Of a stretch of 59,090 nucleotides of DNA, positions 39,886-48,810 are shown piece by piece (position 1 is the stretch's first letter; every line of letters begins with the position of its first letter). The position numbers and the translations under genes were made by a program. The stretch is from assembly GCA_963643345.1 (NCBI GenBank), contig CAVIJK010000005.1:1-59090 (forward strand), read 5' to 3'. The notes beneath the pieces were generated by a model, which searched no databases, was not told the DNA's origin, and saw nothing but the letters and a program-made list of their open reading frames with translations. This DNA comes from a bacterium (GTDB lineage: Bacteria > Bacillota_I > Bacilli_A > RFN20 > CAG-826).

Positions 39886-40076
39886 TGCATTGACGGAGAC
39901 AAGGTCAAATATCTATAGATATAAGGACTACCACTCCTGAGCTCCTGGCGAAATAAGTTAGGCGCATGACATCCCGTTAAGAGTCAAGAGAGCGCGAAGA
40001 TTGGTTGAATTCTTCGCGAAACAAGGTGGTACCACGCGGAAGCGTCCTTAAGTTATGAGGGGCGTTTTTATTTTTT
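39886..40076 (+). promoter_or_regulatory. T-box riboswitch leader (threonine), with intrinsic terminator
   Basis: It has the T-box sequence GGTGGTACCACGCG (40025-40038), Stem III (39992-40018), the F-box CCGTTA (39974-39979), and a terminator at 40039-40064 followed by TTTTTATTTTTT. The candidate specifier is ACC (39930-39932) within ACT-ACC-ACT. thrS lies immediately downstream. Confidence 0.85.
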
Positions 40077-40099
40077 GCCCCGGAAAGGGAAGATAACGT

Positions 40100-42022
40100 A
40101 TGAAAGTTATCTATTTAGAAAAGGAAGTCGAAATCGCTGACGGCGCTAACGGCTTCGTCGCAGTCAAGACTCTCGATCCAGAGAACAAGAGCAAAGTCGT
40201 TGCTTTTAAGGTCGGAGAAAAGATTCATGAGATGAAAGACATCATCAATCCGGGCGATGTCATAAGTTTCGTCAAAACGGATTCCAAAGAAGGCTTTGCA
40301 ATGCTCAATCACTCCACATCCCATTTGATGGCGCAAGCTATCAAACACATTTGGCCAAATGCCAAATTTGGGTTCGGTCCAGAGATTGATGAGGGATACT
40401 ATTATGATGTCGATTTCGGAAACGATGTTTTGACCGAAGGTGATTTTGCAAAGATTGAAGCCGAGATGAAGAAACTTTCGAAACAAGATATCAAATTCGA
40501 GAGAATGGAAGTCTCATCCGAAGACGCACTCGAACTCTTCAAGGACAACGAATATAAATGCGAACTCATAAAAGAACATGCATCAGAAGGTATATCCTTA
40601 TATAAGCAAGGGGACTTCACGGATCTTTGCAAAGGCCCGCACATCCCATCAACCGGTTACATCAAGAATTTTAAGATATTATCTCTTGCCGGCGCTTATT
40701 GGAGAGGCAACTCGGACAATAAGGTTTTAACGAGAATTTATGGTACATCCTGGGGTTCAAAAGAAGAATTGGACAACTATTTAGCGGTTCTCGAGGATAG
40801 AAAGCAAAGAGACCATAGAAAACTCGGAAAAGACATGGGAATCTTCATGTTTGACGACCTTGTTGGACGCGGACTTCCGATGTGGCTCCCTAACGGATTC
40901 ACAATCAGAAGGCTGTTATCCGATTACATCATGGACAAAGAAATCGCCTTAGGCTATAAGCACGTCTTAACCCCGGTTATCGGCAACGTTAATCTTTATA
41001 AGACATCGGGTCACTGGGCCCATTACAAAGACGACATGTTCCCGGCCATGAAGATGGATGATGAGGAATTCGTATTGCGTCCAATGAACTGTCCACATCA
41101 CATGGTCATGTATCGTTCGGAACTTCACTCATATCGTGAACTTCCTCTTAGAATCGCTGAAGTCGCAAACGATTTCAGATGGGAAGCCTCAGGCGCATTA
41201 ACAGGCATTGAAAGAACGCGTTGCTTCTACCAAAACGACTCCCATATCTTCTGCCGTCCTTCTCAAATCGGCCAGGTCTTCAAAGAAGTCGCTCAGTTAA
41301 TTCTTGATGTCTATAATGACTTCGGCTTCAAAAACTACTCCTTCAGACTCTCATTAAGAGATCCTGATGACGTAGAAAAGTATTTCGGAAACGATGAACT
41401 TTGGGAGAAATCCGAAAGTGAATTAAGACAAGTCTTAAATGAACTCGGCGTCGAATACTACGAAGCCAAAGGTGAGGCCGCATTCTATGGTCCTAAACTC
41501 GATGTTCAAGTCAAGTCCGCCATCGGACACGATGTCACCCTTTCTACCATCCAACTCGACTATCAGTTGCCTGAGAGATTCGAACTATCCTATATCGATG
41601 AAAACGGGCAAAAAGCTAGACCGGTTGTCATCCATAGAGCAATCCTGGGATCACTTGATAGATTTATCGCCTTCTTATTAGAAGAAACAAAGGGAAATCT
41701 CCCAACTTGGTTAGCACCAGTCCAATGCAACGTCATCCCGGTCAAGGCTGACGTACAAGGCGGATACGCTAGAGAAGTCGAGAAGCTCCTTAAAGAAGCG
41801 GACATCCGCGCCACCAGCGATCTCACAAACGAAAAACTCGGATACAGAATGAGACAATCCCAAATCAAGAAGATTCCATACACCCTTGTTTTAGGCGATA
41901 AGGAAGTCGAAAATCGTACAGTCACGTACCGACTCTTTGGCTCACAAGACCAAGTCACAGTCTCGCTTGATGAGTTCATTGCTTTGATTTCAAAAGAAAA
42001 TAAAGAAAAGACAAAACGTTAA
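40100..42022 (+). CDS. thrS: Threonine--tRNA ligase
   Basis: The protein is 640 aa with TGS, an editing domain (HSTSHLMAQA) and class II motifs (FRWEASG, RMRQSQ...), ending in an anticodon-binding C-terminus. Confidence 0.95.
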   Translation: MKVIYLEKEVEIADGANGFVAVKTLDPENKSKVVAFKVGEKIHEMKDIINPGDVISFVKTDSKEGFAMLNHSTSHLMAQAIKHIWPNAKFGFGPEIDEGYYYDVDFGNDVLTEGDFAKIEAEMKKLSKQDIKFERMEVSSEDALELFKDNEYKCELIKEHASEGISLYKQGDFTDLCKGPHIPSTGYIKNFKILSLAGAYWRGNSDNKVLTRIYGTSWGSKEELDNYLAVLEDRKQRDHRKLGKDMGIFMFDDLVGRGLPMWLPNGFTIRRLLSDYIMDKEIALGYKHVLTPVIGNVNLYKTSGHWAHYKDDMFPAMKMDDEEFVLRPMNCPHHMVMYRSELHSYRELPLRIAEVANDFRWEASGALTGIERTRCFYQNDSHIFCRPSQIGQVFKEVAQLILDVYNDFGFKNYSFRLSLRDPDDVEKYFGNDELWEKSESELRQVLNELGVEYYEAKGEAAFYGPKLDVQVKSAIGHDVTLSTIQLDYQLPERFELSYIDENGQKARPVVIHRAILGSLDRFIAFLLEETKGNLPTWLAPVQCNVIPVKADVQGGYAREVEKLLKEADIRATSDLTNEKLGYRMRQSQIKKIPYTLVLGDKEVENRTVTYRLFGSQDQVTVSLDEFIALISKENKEKTKR

Positions 42023-42040
42023 TCGATAACGTAAAGCGAT

Positions 42041-42076
42041 GCGTAACCACTTCAATCGGTGGTTACGCTTTTTTTG
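42041..42076 (+). terminator. Rho-independent terminator after thrS
   Basis: GCGTAACCAC pairs with GTGGTTACGC and is followed by TTTTTTT. Confidence 0.8.
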
Positions 42077-42165
42077 TGCAGAATAAGAAAGTAGACATCT
42101 CGCAATAGAATCGCTTCGTCTCAAAATTTAAATTTTGAATTAATAATTTGCATTTATTTTTAGAT

Positions 42166-42174
42166 TGTTATAAT
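42166..42174 (+). promoter_or_regulatory. Extended -10 promoter (TGtTATAAT) 6 nt upstream of the lipoprotein ATG
   Basis: The promoter was read directly from the sequence. No SD lies between it and ATG 42181. Confidence 0.45.
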
Positions 42175-42180
42175 ACGCAT

Positions 42181-43959
42181 ATGAAAAAAAGACAAATCGC
42201 GATTGCATTGCTATCAATAACCGCCTTAGTGGGATGCGGAAAAACAGATACATCAAGGAATTCTTCTATTGATGAATGCGTTGATGAGTATTGCTCATCC
42301 AACGTTAAAAACCTTACTTATTCGGAAGGCAGATTGTATGGATTCAACGGGACATCCAAAACCCCTTATTCTTATAAGGGTGAAGACTATTCAATGAAGA
42401 TGTACAACATCAATAATATTGATGAGGATATAGTATTTGCCGACATAATTGAGTTTATAGATTTCAGCAAAAAAATAGGAATGCCGTTTGATGTTAATTC
42501 GCACGAAAAAGAGGATGGCGTATTAACTTTACTTGGCTCCAACAGTGAAGTTCGCTTTGAGATTAATGCCAATAGAATAGTCTTTAGCGATTACCTATCC
42601 TTAATGAACAAAGATGACCCGGCTAACCCGTTTAACCTCTCGGATTTAGCTAGCGAAGATGACAACGCCAAATACCTTAAGGTCGTTGACAAGGAATATA
42701 AGGGCAAAAACGAGGAAGTTTTTAACCTCGATGATTACGGATTGAAACTCTATCAATATTACGACAAAGAGGTAAACGACCTTCGCTTCTTCTTGCCGTG
42801 GTCCGTCCTAATCGAGATGTTTTATGCTTCGGCCAGCGCGTCCGCATATGCGGATTATAGGGGCGTCTTCTATATCTCCGATTCCGCTCAAGTCAAAAGC
42901 GGCTCTGGACAATTGACCGAACTTGGGGAATTCATATCCGAAGTTAAGGTCAGCAATTATTCAGAAGAATATGCCAAATTCAATTACGGAGCATTATGTT
43001 TGAGCATGGATATGTCATACGGCCTTGGCTACACCAACGGATTCGAAGACGGCTTTGATTCATGGGCAAGCGAGCATAAATTGAAAGAGGATTTAGAATC
43101 CACTGACCCAAGAACATTCGCGAATGCGTTAAACGTGGTCACGGATAAATATATAAACGATTGCCACACATACTTCGCCAATTCGTCCCCATATTCCGGC
43201 TACGCCAAAACAAGCTATGGTTACGGGGAAAAGATAATCTATATAAATCAAGAACTCGATAGCTCAACTCACTACCGTTCTTTGCTAGTTTCTGACTTCA
43301 AACCATACATGGAAGATGGCGATACTGCTTATATTTCATTCGATTCTTTCCAATTCAATAATCAGGATTGTTATTCGCATAATGTAAAAATTACAAACGA
43401 CGATTCTTCGACAATGCAGTTAATCTCCTATGCCAACAAACAAATAAAAAGAGATAATTCCCCTATCAAGAATGTGGTTCTAGACATGTCTTGCAATGGA
43501 GGAGGCGAATACGATTCATTCATCTTTACCATTTGTTGGATGCTAGGCGAATGCAAAACGGTCGTGAGAGACCACATATCAGGTTCCGAAGGTTACACGA
43601 CCTACAAAGCCGATGTTAATTTTGATGGCCTATACGATGAAAATGACACGGTTTCAGACCTAAACTTATACTTACTTGAAGGTTTAGGTACATTCTCCGG
43701 TGGGAATTACACCGCGTATCAATTAAAGAATTCCGGCAAAGTCAAAATACTTGGCCAAAATTCTGGAGGTGGTAGCAACTGTGTCCTTCAAAGAGTCACC
43801 GCGAACGGATGCATGTACAATATTTCCGGAAGATATGAGATGTGCGTTGATAATAATGGCGTATATGAGTCCGTTGAACCAGGTGCAGTCCCGGATGTCA
43901 AACTGGATTACGCCCATATCCACAGCAGAAATTACCTCAAAGAGAATTATTTAAAATAA
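42181..43959 (+). CDS. Lipoprotein, S41 (tail-specific/C-terminal processing) peptidase-like
   Basis: It has a lipobox (MKKRQIAIALLSITALVGC) and S41-like blocks (VVLDMSCNGGGE, ILGQNSGGGSN). Confidence 0.75.
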   Translation: MKKRQIAIALLSITALVGCGKTDTSRNSSIDECVDEYCSSNVKNLTYSEGRLYGFNGTSKTPYSYKGEDYSMKMYNINNIDEDIVFADIIEFIDFSKKIGMPFDVNSHEKEDGVLTLLGSNSEVRFEINANRIVFSDYLSLMNKDDPANPFNLSDLASEDDNAKYLKVVDKEYKGKNEEVFNLDDYGLKLYQYYDKEVNDLRFFLPWSVLIEMFYASASASAYADYRGVFYISDSAQVKSGSGQLTELGEFISEVKVSNYSEEYAKFNYGALCLSMDMSYGLGYTNGFEDGFDSWASEHKLKEDLESTDPRTFANALNVVTDKYINDCHTYFANSSPYSGYAKTSYGYGEKIIYINQELDSSTHYRSLLVSDFKPYMEDGDTAYISFDSFQFNNQDCYSHNVKITNDDSSTMQLISYANKQIKRDNSPIKNVVLDMSCNGGGEYDSFIFTICWMLGECKTVVRDHISGSEGYTTYKADVNFDGLYDENDTVSDLNLYLLEGLGTFSGGNYTAYQLKNSGKVKILGQNSGGGSNCVLQRVTANGCMYNISGRYEMCVDNNGVYESVEPGAVPDVKLDYAHIHSRNYLKENYLK

Positions 43960-44039
43960 GCCAAAGATCCCTTTCATGCCAATGATAGGGTTTTCTTTTT
44001 GTGTTTTGGATGATGCACGAGTAAAATCAGCAACATATT

Positions 44040-44741
44040 ATGAAAGACCTAAAAGCCGCGTTCAAAGAGAGTATTCCCGTTCTCATTGAATATATATTTC
44101 TCGGACTCGGATTCGGCGTCATCATGGCCACAAACGGATACCACTTCCTCTACTCGACTTTCTCAAGTCTCGTTATATTCGCCGGGGCAGGACAATATGT
44201 CGTGGCCAATCTCATTGCGCAAAGCGCTTCATTTCTTACCATTTTCTTGATGTCCGTATTAATAAACGTAAGGTATGGTTTCTATGGCTTATCATTCATA
44301 CAGCACACCGCTAATTGGAAATGGTATGAAAAAATCCTTTTCTACTGGTGCTTGGTCGATGAGACATATTCAATAATCGTCGCGAATTCCCTCCCATCCC
44401 GCGAAGATACCAAAAAGCACGATTTATGGCTTTGCTTTCTTAACTGGTCCTATTGGGTTATAGGGACAACGTTTGGCGCAATCCTTGGCAGTTTGCCATT
44501 GGATTATACCGGCGTCGATTTCATAATGACTTCTCTATTCGTCATCATCTTAATTGACCAAATAAGAAAGAAAGACAATCCGCGTTTCGTAACGGTCATC
44601 GGGTCGTTGTGCGCGGTCATTTCTTACCTCATCTTCAAATCGAATTTCATATTCCCCGCTATCGCATCATCCATCATTTTGATTTTCGTTTTCAGGAAAA
44701 AGATTGAACTTCAAATGGGAAAAGAGGGCAAACATGAGTAA
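44040..44741 (+). CDS. azlC: AzlC-family branched-chain amino acid exporter subunit
   Basis: It is a polytopic membrane protein (AGAGQYV... motif) and is paired with azlD. Confidence 0.85.
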   Translation: MKDLKAAFKESIPVLIEYIFLGLGFGVIMATNGYHFLYSTFSSLVIFAGAGQYVVANLIAQSASFLTIFLMSVLINVRYGFYGLSFIQHTANWKWYEKILFYWCLVDETYSIIVANSLPSREDTKKHDLWLCFLNWSYWVIGTTFGAILGSLPLDYTGVDFIMTSLFVIILIDQIRKKDNPRFVTVIGSLCAVISYLIFKSNFIFPAIASSIILIFVFRKKIELQMGKEGKHE

Positions 44742-45075
44742 GGAAGTTTATGCCATTCTAGCCATTCTAATCATGTCTGGAGTCACGATTGTACTGAGAT
44801 ATTCATGCCTTATCTTCTGCAAAGGAGGCAAAGTTCCAGCATGGCTAGATTATCTTGGCAAAGTTCTTCCTTTTGCCATGATGCCGATACTCGTCATGTA
44901 TTGCGTAAAAGACACTGATTGGCATTACACCGGCTCACTGGTGCCTATGTTAGCGGGCGTTGGCATAACCGCCATAATGCACGTTTGGAGAAAAAACACA
45001 ATCTTGTCCCTAATCTCCGGACTTGTCGTTTATATGGTTCTATTAAGACTGGTAAGTTGGCCTGCCGCCATCTAA
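44734..45075 (+). CDS. azlD: AzlD-family small membrane subunit
   Basis: It is 113 aa with 3-4 TM helices. ATG 44734 overlaps the azlC stop. Confidence 0.8.
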   Translation: MSKEVYAILAILIMSGVTIVLRYSCLIFCKGGKVPAWLDYLGKVLPFAMMPILVMYCVKDTDWHYTGSLVPMLAGVGITAIMHVWRKNTILSLISGLVVYMVLLRLVSWPAAI

Positions 45076-45077
45076 TT

Positions 45078-45102
45078 AAGACTGAAACAACAGTCTTTTT
45101 TT
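45078..45102 (+). terminator. Rho-independent terminator after azlD
   Basis: The hairpin is AAGACTG-aaacaa-CAGTCTT, followed by TTTTT. Confidence 0.7.
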
Positions 45103-45112
45103 ATCACTTAAA

Positions 45113-45140
45113 TTGAATATTTCTTCCATTTAACTATAAT
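45113..45140 (+). promoter_or_regulatory. Predicted sigma-A promoter of the aminopeptidase gene
   Basis: TTGAAT is followed by 16 nt and then TATAAT. Confidence 0.5.
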
Positions 45141-45170
45141 GGCAATGTTTGAAAAGGCGGTAATTAATTT

Positions 45171-46541
45171 ATGTATCGAAAAAATGCATGGGAAAAATAC
45201 GATGATGCCCAATTAAAAGAAGTCGAATGCCTCGCTAAAGACTATATGTCTTTCATATCATGCAATAAAACAGAAAGAACACAGGTCAAAGGTTCAGTAG
45301 AAGTTTTGGAATCGAAAGGCTTTAAGGAATTCGAATATGGAATGTCTTTAAAGGCAGGCGACAAAGTCTACTTTGTCAACAAGAAGAAAAACGTTGTTGC
45401 ATTTGTTATCGGCAAAAAGCCGTTGCGTGAGGGATTGAGAATCTTGGGCGCTCACATTGATTCTCCAAGATTAGACGTTAAACAGAATCCTTTATACGAA
45501 GCTAGCGGGTTATGCTTACTCGATACCCACTACTACGGAGGCATCAAAAAATATCAGTGGACATGCAGACCTCTTGCATTGGTCGGCGTTGTCGTGAAAA
45601 AAGACGGGACGACAATCGACGTTAATATCGGAGACGACGAAAGCGATCCTGCAATCGGAATCAACGAACTCCTTATCCACTTATCCGCGGATCAGTTGCA
45701 AAAATCTGCGTCAAGAGCGGTTGATGGAGAAGATTTAGACATCACATTAGGCTCCAAACCAATGAAGGGCGTTGAAAAAGACAAAGTAAAAGCTTCGGTT
45801 TTAGCCGCACTCAAGGAAAAATACGGATTCGACGAAGAGGATTTTGTTTCGGCAGAACTCGAGGCTGTACCAGCAGGAAAGGCCAAAGATTTCGGACTTG
45901 ATAGAAGCATGATGGCAGGTTATGGCCACGATGATAAATGCTGCGCATATTCATCCTTAAGAGCAATGGTCGATTTGGATGCAGTCCCTGATTACACATC
46001 ATGTGTTGCCTTGGTTGACAAGGAAGAAATCGGGTCTGTTGGCGCTTCAGGTGCGCAATCAAGATTCTTCGAGAATTGCATCGCTGAATTAGTTGAGGCA
46101 ACAGGCGAGGATATCAGAAGGCTTAAGGTCGTTTTGAGTAACTCATACATGCTCTCATCTGATGTCTCTGCGGCATATGATCCGCTTTACCCATCCGTCA
46201 TGGAGACACGCAACTGCTGCTACTTGGGAAACGGCATAGTCTTCAATAAATATACGGGCTCACGTGGGAAATCAGGCTGTAATGACGCCAGCGCGGAAAT
46301 GCTTGGCAGTTTAAGAAGAATCATGGATGATGCAAACGTCAATTGGCAAACCGCTGAATTAGGCAAGGTTGACCAAGGCGGAGGCGGCACGATTGCCTAC
46401 ATACTCGCAAACCTCAACATAAACGTTATAGATGCAGGTATGGCCGTCCTTAATATGCATTCCCCAATGGAGGTCATCTCAAAAGCTGATTTCTATGAAG
46501 CGTATAAAGCGTATCAGGCATTCTTAAAAGGCAACTTCTAA
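45171..46541 (+). CDS. M18-family aminopeptidase
   Basis: Supporting motifs are GAHIDSPRLDVK, GHDDKCC, DKEEIGS and NMHSPMEV. Confidence 0.85.
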   Translation: MYRKNAWEKYDDAQLKEVECLAKDYMSFISCNKTERTQVKGSVEVLESKGFKEFEYGMSLKAGDKVYFVNKKKNVVAFVIGKKPLREGLRILGAHIDSPRLDVKQNPLYEASGLCLLDTHYYGGIKKYQWTCRPLALVGVVVKKDGTTIDVNIGDDESDPAIGINELLIHLSADQLQKSASRAVDGEDLDITLGSKPMKGVEKDKVKASVLAALKEKYGFDEEDFVSAELEAVPAGKAKDFGLDRSMMAGYGHDDKCCAYSSLRAMVDLDAVPDYTSCVALVDKEEIGSVGASGAQSRFFENCIAELVEATGEDIRRLKVVLSNSYMLSSDVSAAYDPLYPSVMETRNCCYLGNGIVFNKYTGSRGKSGCNDASAEMLGSLRRIMDDANVNWQTAELGKVDQGGGGTIAYILANLNINVIDAGMAVLNMHSPMEVISKADFYEAYKAYQAFLKGNF

Positions 46542-46571
46542 AGAAGAGAGAATCTAGGTTCATGATCAAAT

Positions 46572-46610
46572 AGCCACTTCTTCAAATTAGAGGAGGTGGC
46601 TTTTATTTTA
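46572..46610 (+). terminator. Rho-independent terminator after the aminopeptidase gene
   Basis: A 12-bp stem pairs AGCCACTTCTTC with GAGGAGGTGGCT (two G-U pairs) and is followed by TTTTATTTT. Confidence 0.8.
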
Positions 46611-46836
46611 TCTAACATTTTAATTGTCTTTTTCAGCTTTTGTTTCAAAGAGCTATTTCAATTTCACAACTAAAATTACCACCGACATCGCAAATCTAAC
46701 TTTTAGCAAAGGTTCGATTGTACTATTTTATTTGTAATTTATATGCACCAAATTCGAATTCTCTTGTGAGAATAAAGAAAAAGGCCAGCAATTAGTCATC
46801 TTGACAATTGGACCTAAATCGTTAAGTTTTATAAAA

Positions 46837-47331
46837 CTATTCCAAGGAGCCAGGCTGGTATGTTCCTTGAGTGACGCGCTTCTCGAGAAGAAGAAGTTTG
46901 CCTTGGATTTCGATACCGCCAACGAAGTTTGACAATCCACCAGATGGGCCGGTTATTCTATGCGAAGGAATCAATATCGGTAAAGGGTTTCTCTCCAAGT
47001 ATTGTTGAATTTCCTCGACCGGGATATTTAGTTCCTTTGACACCTCGTCAAACAATCTTGTTTCGCCGTAGGGAATTGTTAAACAATATTTCCAAACCTT
47101 TAATTCGTTTTCGGTTGCGGCATTTGCCCTCATCTTCAAATCGAATTTCTTTCTCTGCCCATACATAAACTGATTGATCTGCATGATTCCGTCGTATATA
47201 GGAAGAGTTTCTTCATTGACAGCTCCGGCCGGATCAAATGAACCAAATAAAAGATTCGTGACGCCTTTATCGGTGCCAACGATGGTAATATCTCCGACTA
47301 AAGTGTCAAACACTGAATAACACAAAAGCAT
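46837..47331 (-). CDS. MGMT/Ogt-fold protein with the active-site Cys replaced by Ser (probable pseudo-enzyme)
   Basis: The C-terminal domain (VWKYCLTIPYGETRLF...NPLPILIPSHRITGPSG...GGIEIQGKLLLLE) aligns to the PCHRV family, but the motif reads PSHRI (TCG at 46963-46965). ATG 47331 has a GAAGGGGA SD. The ORF-track GTG 47376 lies inside the predicted promoter. Confidence 0.8.
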   Translation of the reverse strand: MLLCYSVFDTLVGDITIVGTDKGVTNLLFGSFDPAGAVNEETLPIYDGIMQINQFMYGQRKKFDLKMRANAATENELKVWKYCLTIPYGETRLFDEVSKELNIPVEEIQQYLERNPLPILIPSHRITGPSGGLSNFVGGIEIQGKLLLLEKRVTQGTYQPGSLE

Positions 47332-47367
47332 CGAACTATAATCCCCTTCTCGATATTTTCTAGAAAT

Positions 47368-47396
47368 ATTATGCACAATTTTCTAAATTTTGTCAA
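47368..47396 (-). promoter_or_regulatory. Predicted sigma-A promoter of the MGMT-like gene
   Basis: On the minus strand, TTGACA (47396-47391) is followed by 17 nt and then CATAAT (47373-47368). Confidence 0.55.
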
Positions 47397-47444
47397 AAAA
47401 GGTTCGAAATAAACTATATTCTAGAAAGGCCCTAATGTTTGAAT

Positions 47445-48335
47445 TTAGCCTTTTGCAGCGAGATATTGGATAAGTTGGAAAACTAACATCACAATACCTA
47501 GTGTCGCAACAACAATTCCAGTCGAGAGATTCTGCACTCTCTTACTAACTTTGTTAGCGAATACTGCGGAGAGTTGGGCAAATACCGCAGTAAAGACAAC
47601 GCAGATGCCAAATATTACCCACTCTTTCCATGTCTGCATACCGATAAGCCCAGCGGCAGAGGTCTCGCCAATTACATTAGATAACCAGGTAGGAATATCA
47701 GCACCGGAATTAGCCAAGGCAATCATCGTGAAATGACAAACAGACCCGGTCAATGCCGTAACGGACATGATGAAAACCGAGGTTCCTACCGCTTTTTTTA
47801 GTTCATATCCAAGTAATACATTAAGAGCGAACAACATAAGCATTCCGCCACCAACTCCGACGAATCCGCATTGGAATCCGATCCAAATGCCAAGGACGAT
47901 AGAAAGAATCATCTTTACTTTTGGGGTTCTCTGTTTTGGCTCTTTGCCTTCCTTCTCAGGAAAAACAATGAATTTAAGTCCGATTAACGTTGTTCCAATG
48001 ATGCTGAGGATACCCATCGTCTTTTGCGGGAATAAAAGCCCAATAATTGTTCCAACAACGCAAAAGATAAGAACAAAAGTCATCATCAACAAACCGTTCT
48101 TGATATCAATGTTTTTGTGTCTTGCGTAAACCACTGCCGAAATCGCACTGGCAATGACGTCCGATGCAAGGGCGATAGCGACCGCTTCATAAGTGTTAAT
48201 GCCCAAAAATGTAACAAGCATCGGGGCGATTATTGCCGCCGCTGAAAGACCGGCTAAACCGGTGCCCAATCCAGCTCCCAAGGAAGCGATAAGGCTGACA
48301 ACAATAAGAAGTATAATTTCGCCAACGTTGCTCAT
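47445..48335 (-). CDS. TauE/SafE (DUF81) family anion exporter
   Basis: The protein is 296 aa with about 8 TM helices. It is Gly/Ala-rich (GAGLGTGLAGLSAAAII) and has an internal repeat. Confidence 0.85.
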   Translation of the reverse strand: MSNVGEIILLIVVSLIASLGAGLGTGLAGLSAAAIIAPMLVTFLGINTYEAVAIALASDVIASAISAVVYARHKNIDIKNGLLMMTFVLIFCVVGTIIGLLFPQKTMGILSIIGTTLIGLKFIVFPEKEGKEPKQRTPKVKMILSIVLGIWIGFQCGFVGVGGGMLMLFALNVLLGYELKKAVGTSVFIMSVTALTGSVCHFTMIALANSGADIPTWLSNVIGETSAAGLIGMQTWKEWVIFGICVVFTAVFAQLSAVFANKVSKRVQNLSTGIVVATLGIVMLVFQLIQYLAAKG

Positions 48336-48361
48336 AAGCGAGTAAATTATATCGACCGAAG

Positions 48362-48389
48362 TGCAAAATAAAAGGGAGAGTAACTCCCC
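48362..48389 (-). terminator. Short GC hairpin terminator after the zinc-ribbon genes
   Basis: On the minus strand the hairpin is GGGAG-ttact-CTCCC, followed by TTTTATTTT. Confidence 0.45.
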
Positions 48390-48414
48390 TATAAGTAGAA
48401 AGCGGCCGAAAGCT

Positions 48415-48780
48415 TTAAATTCGTCCAGTCACCTTAAACACAATAAAGACAGTTAACGCCGCTGTCCAACCAAGCGAGACAAGGAAGGCTAGGATAAACG
48501 CCCACAACCCTCTATATCTTGCCAATGTCGCCATGACAATGCCGCGAATCGAGACGACGATACCAATTGGTGGAAGTATTATCGCAAGAATCCACGACAA
48601 AATAAGATACGCAAGGCAATAACCTCTTGCATCCTTTTGCTCCCGCTTGATTTCATTTTCGTTTTCAATAAGGGTTTCCCCGTATTTAGTTGTTGCGCCG
48701 CAATGCGGGCACACTTTATCGCTAAATCCAATTGGCTCACCGCATTTTAAGCATTTGTAAGTCGAATTTTTAACTTCCAT
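48415..48780 (-). CDS. Zinc-ribbon domain membrane protein
   Basis: It has an N-terminal ribbon (CLKCGEPIGFSDKVCPHCG) followed by hydrophobic helices. Confidence 0.7.
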   Translation of the reverse strand: MEVKNSTYKCLKCGEPIGFSDKVCPHCGATTKYGETLIENENEIKREQKDARGYCLAYLILSWILAIILPPIGIVVSIRGIVMATLARYRGLWAFILAFLVSLGWTAALTVFIVFKVTGRI

Positions 48781-48810
48781 AATTAAATCGCTCCGATTTT
48801 AAATACCACG

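Noticed and set aside
39650-39900. A PyrR-binding attenuator upstream of pyrC.
   Set aside because: I found no ARUCCAGAGAGG-type loop and no terminator/antiterminator pair between the predicted promoter and the ATG.
46700-46725. A tRNA-like T-loop string GGTTCGATTG in the aminopeptidase/MGMT intergenic region.
   Set aside because: The flanks do not form a T-stem or acceptor stem, and no cloverleaf can be drawn.
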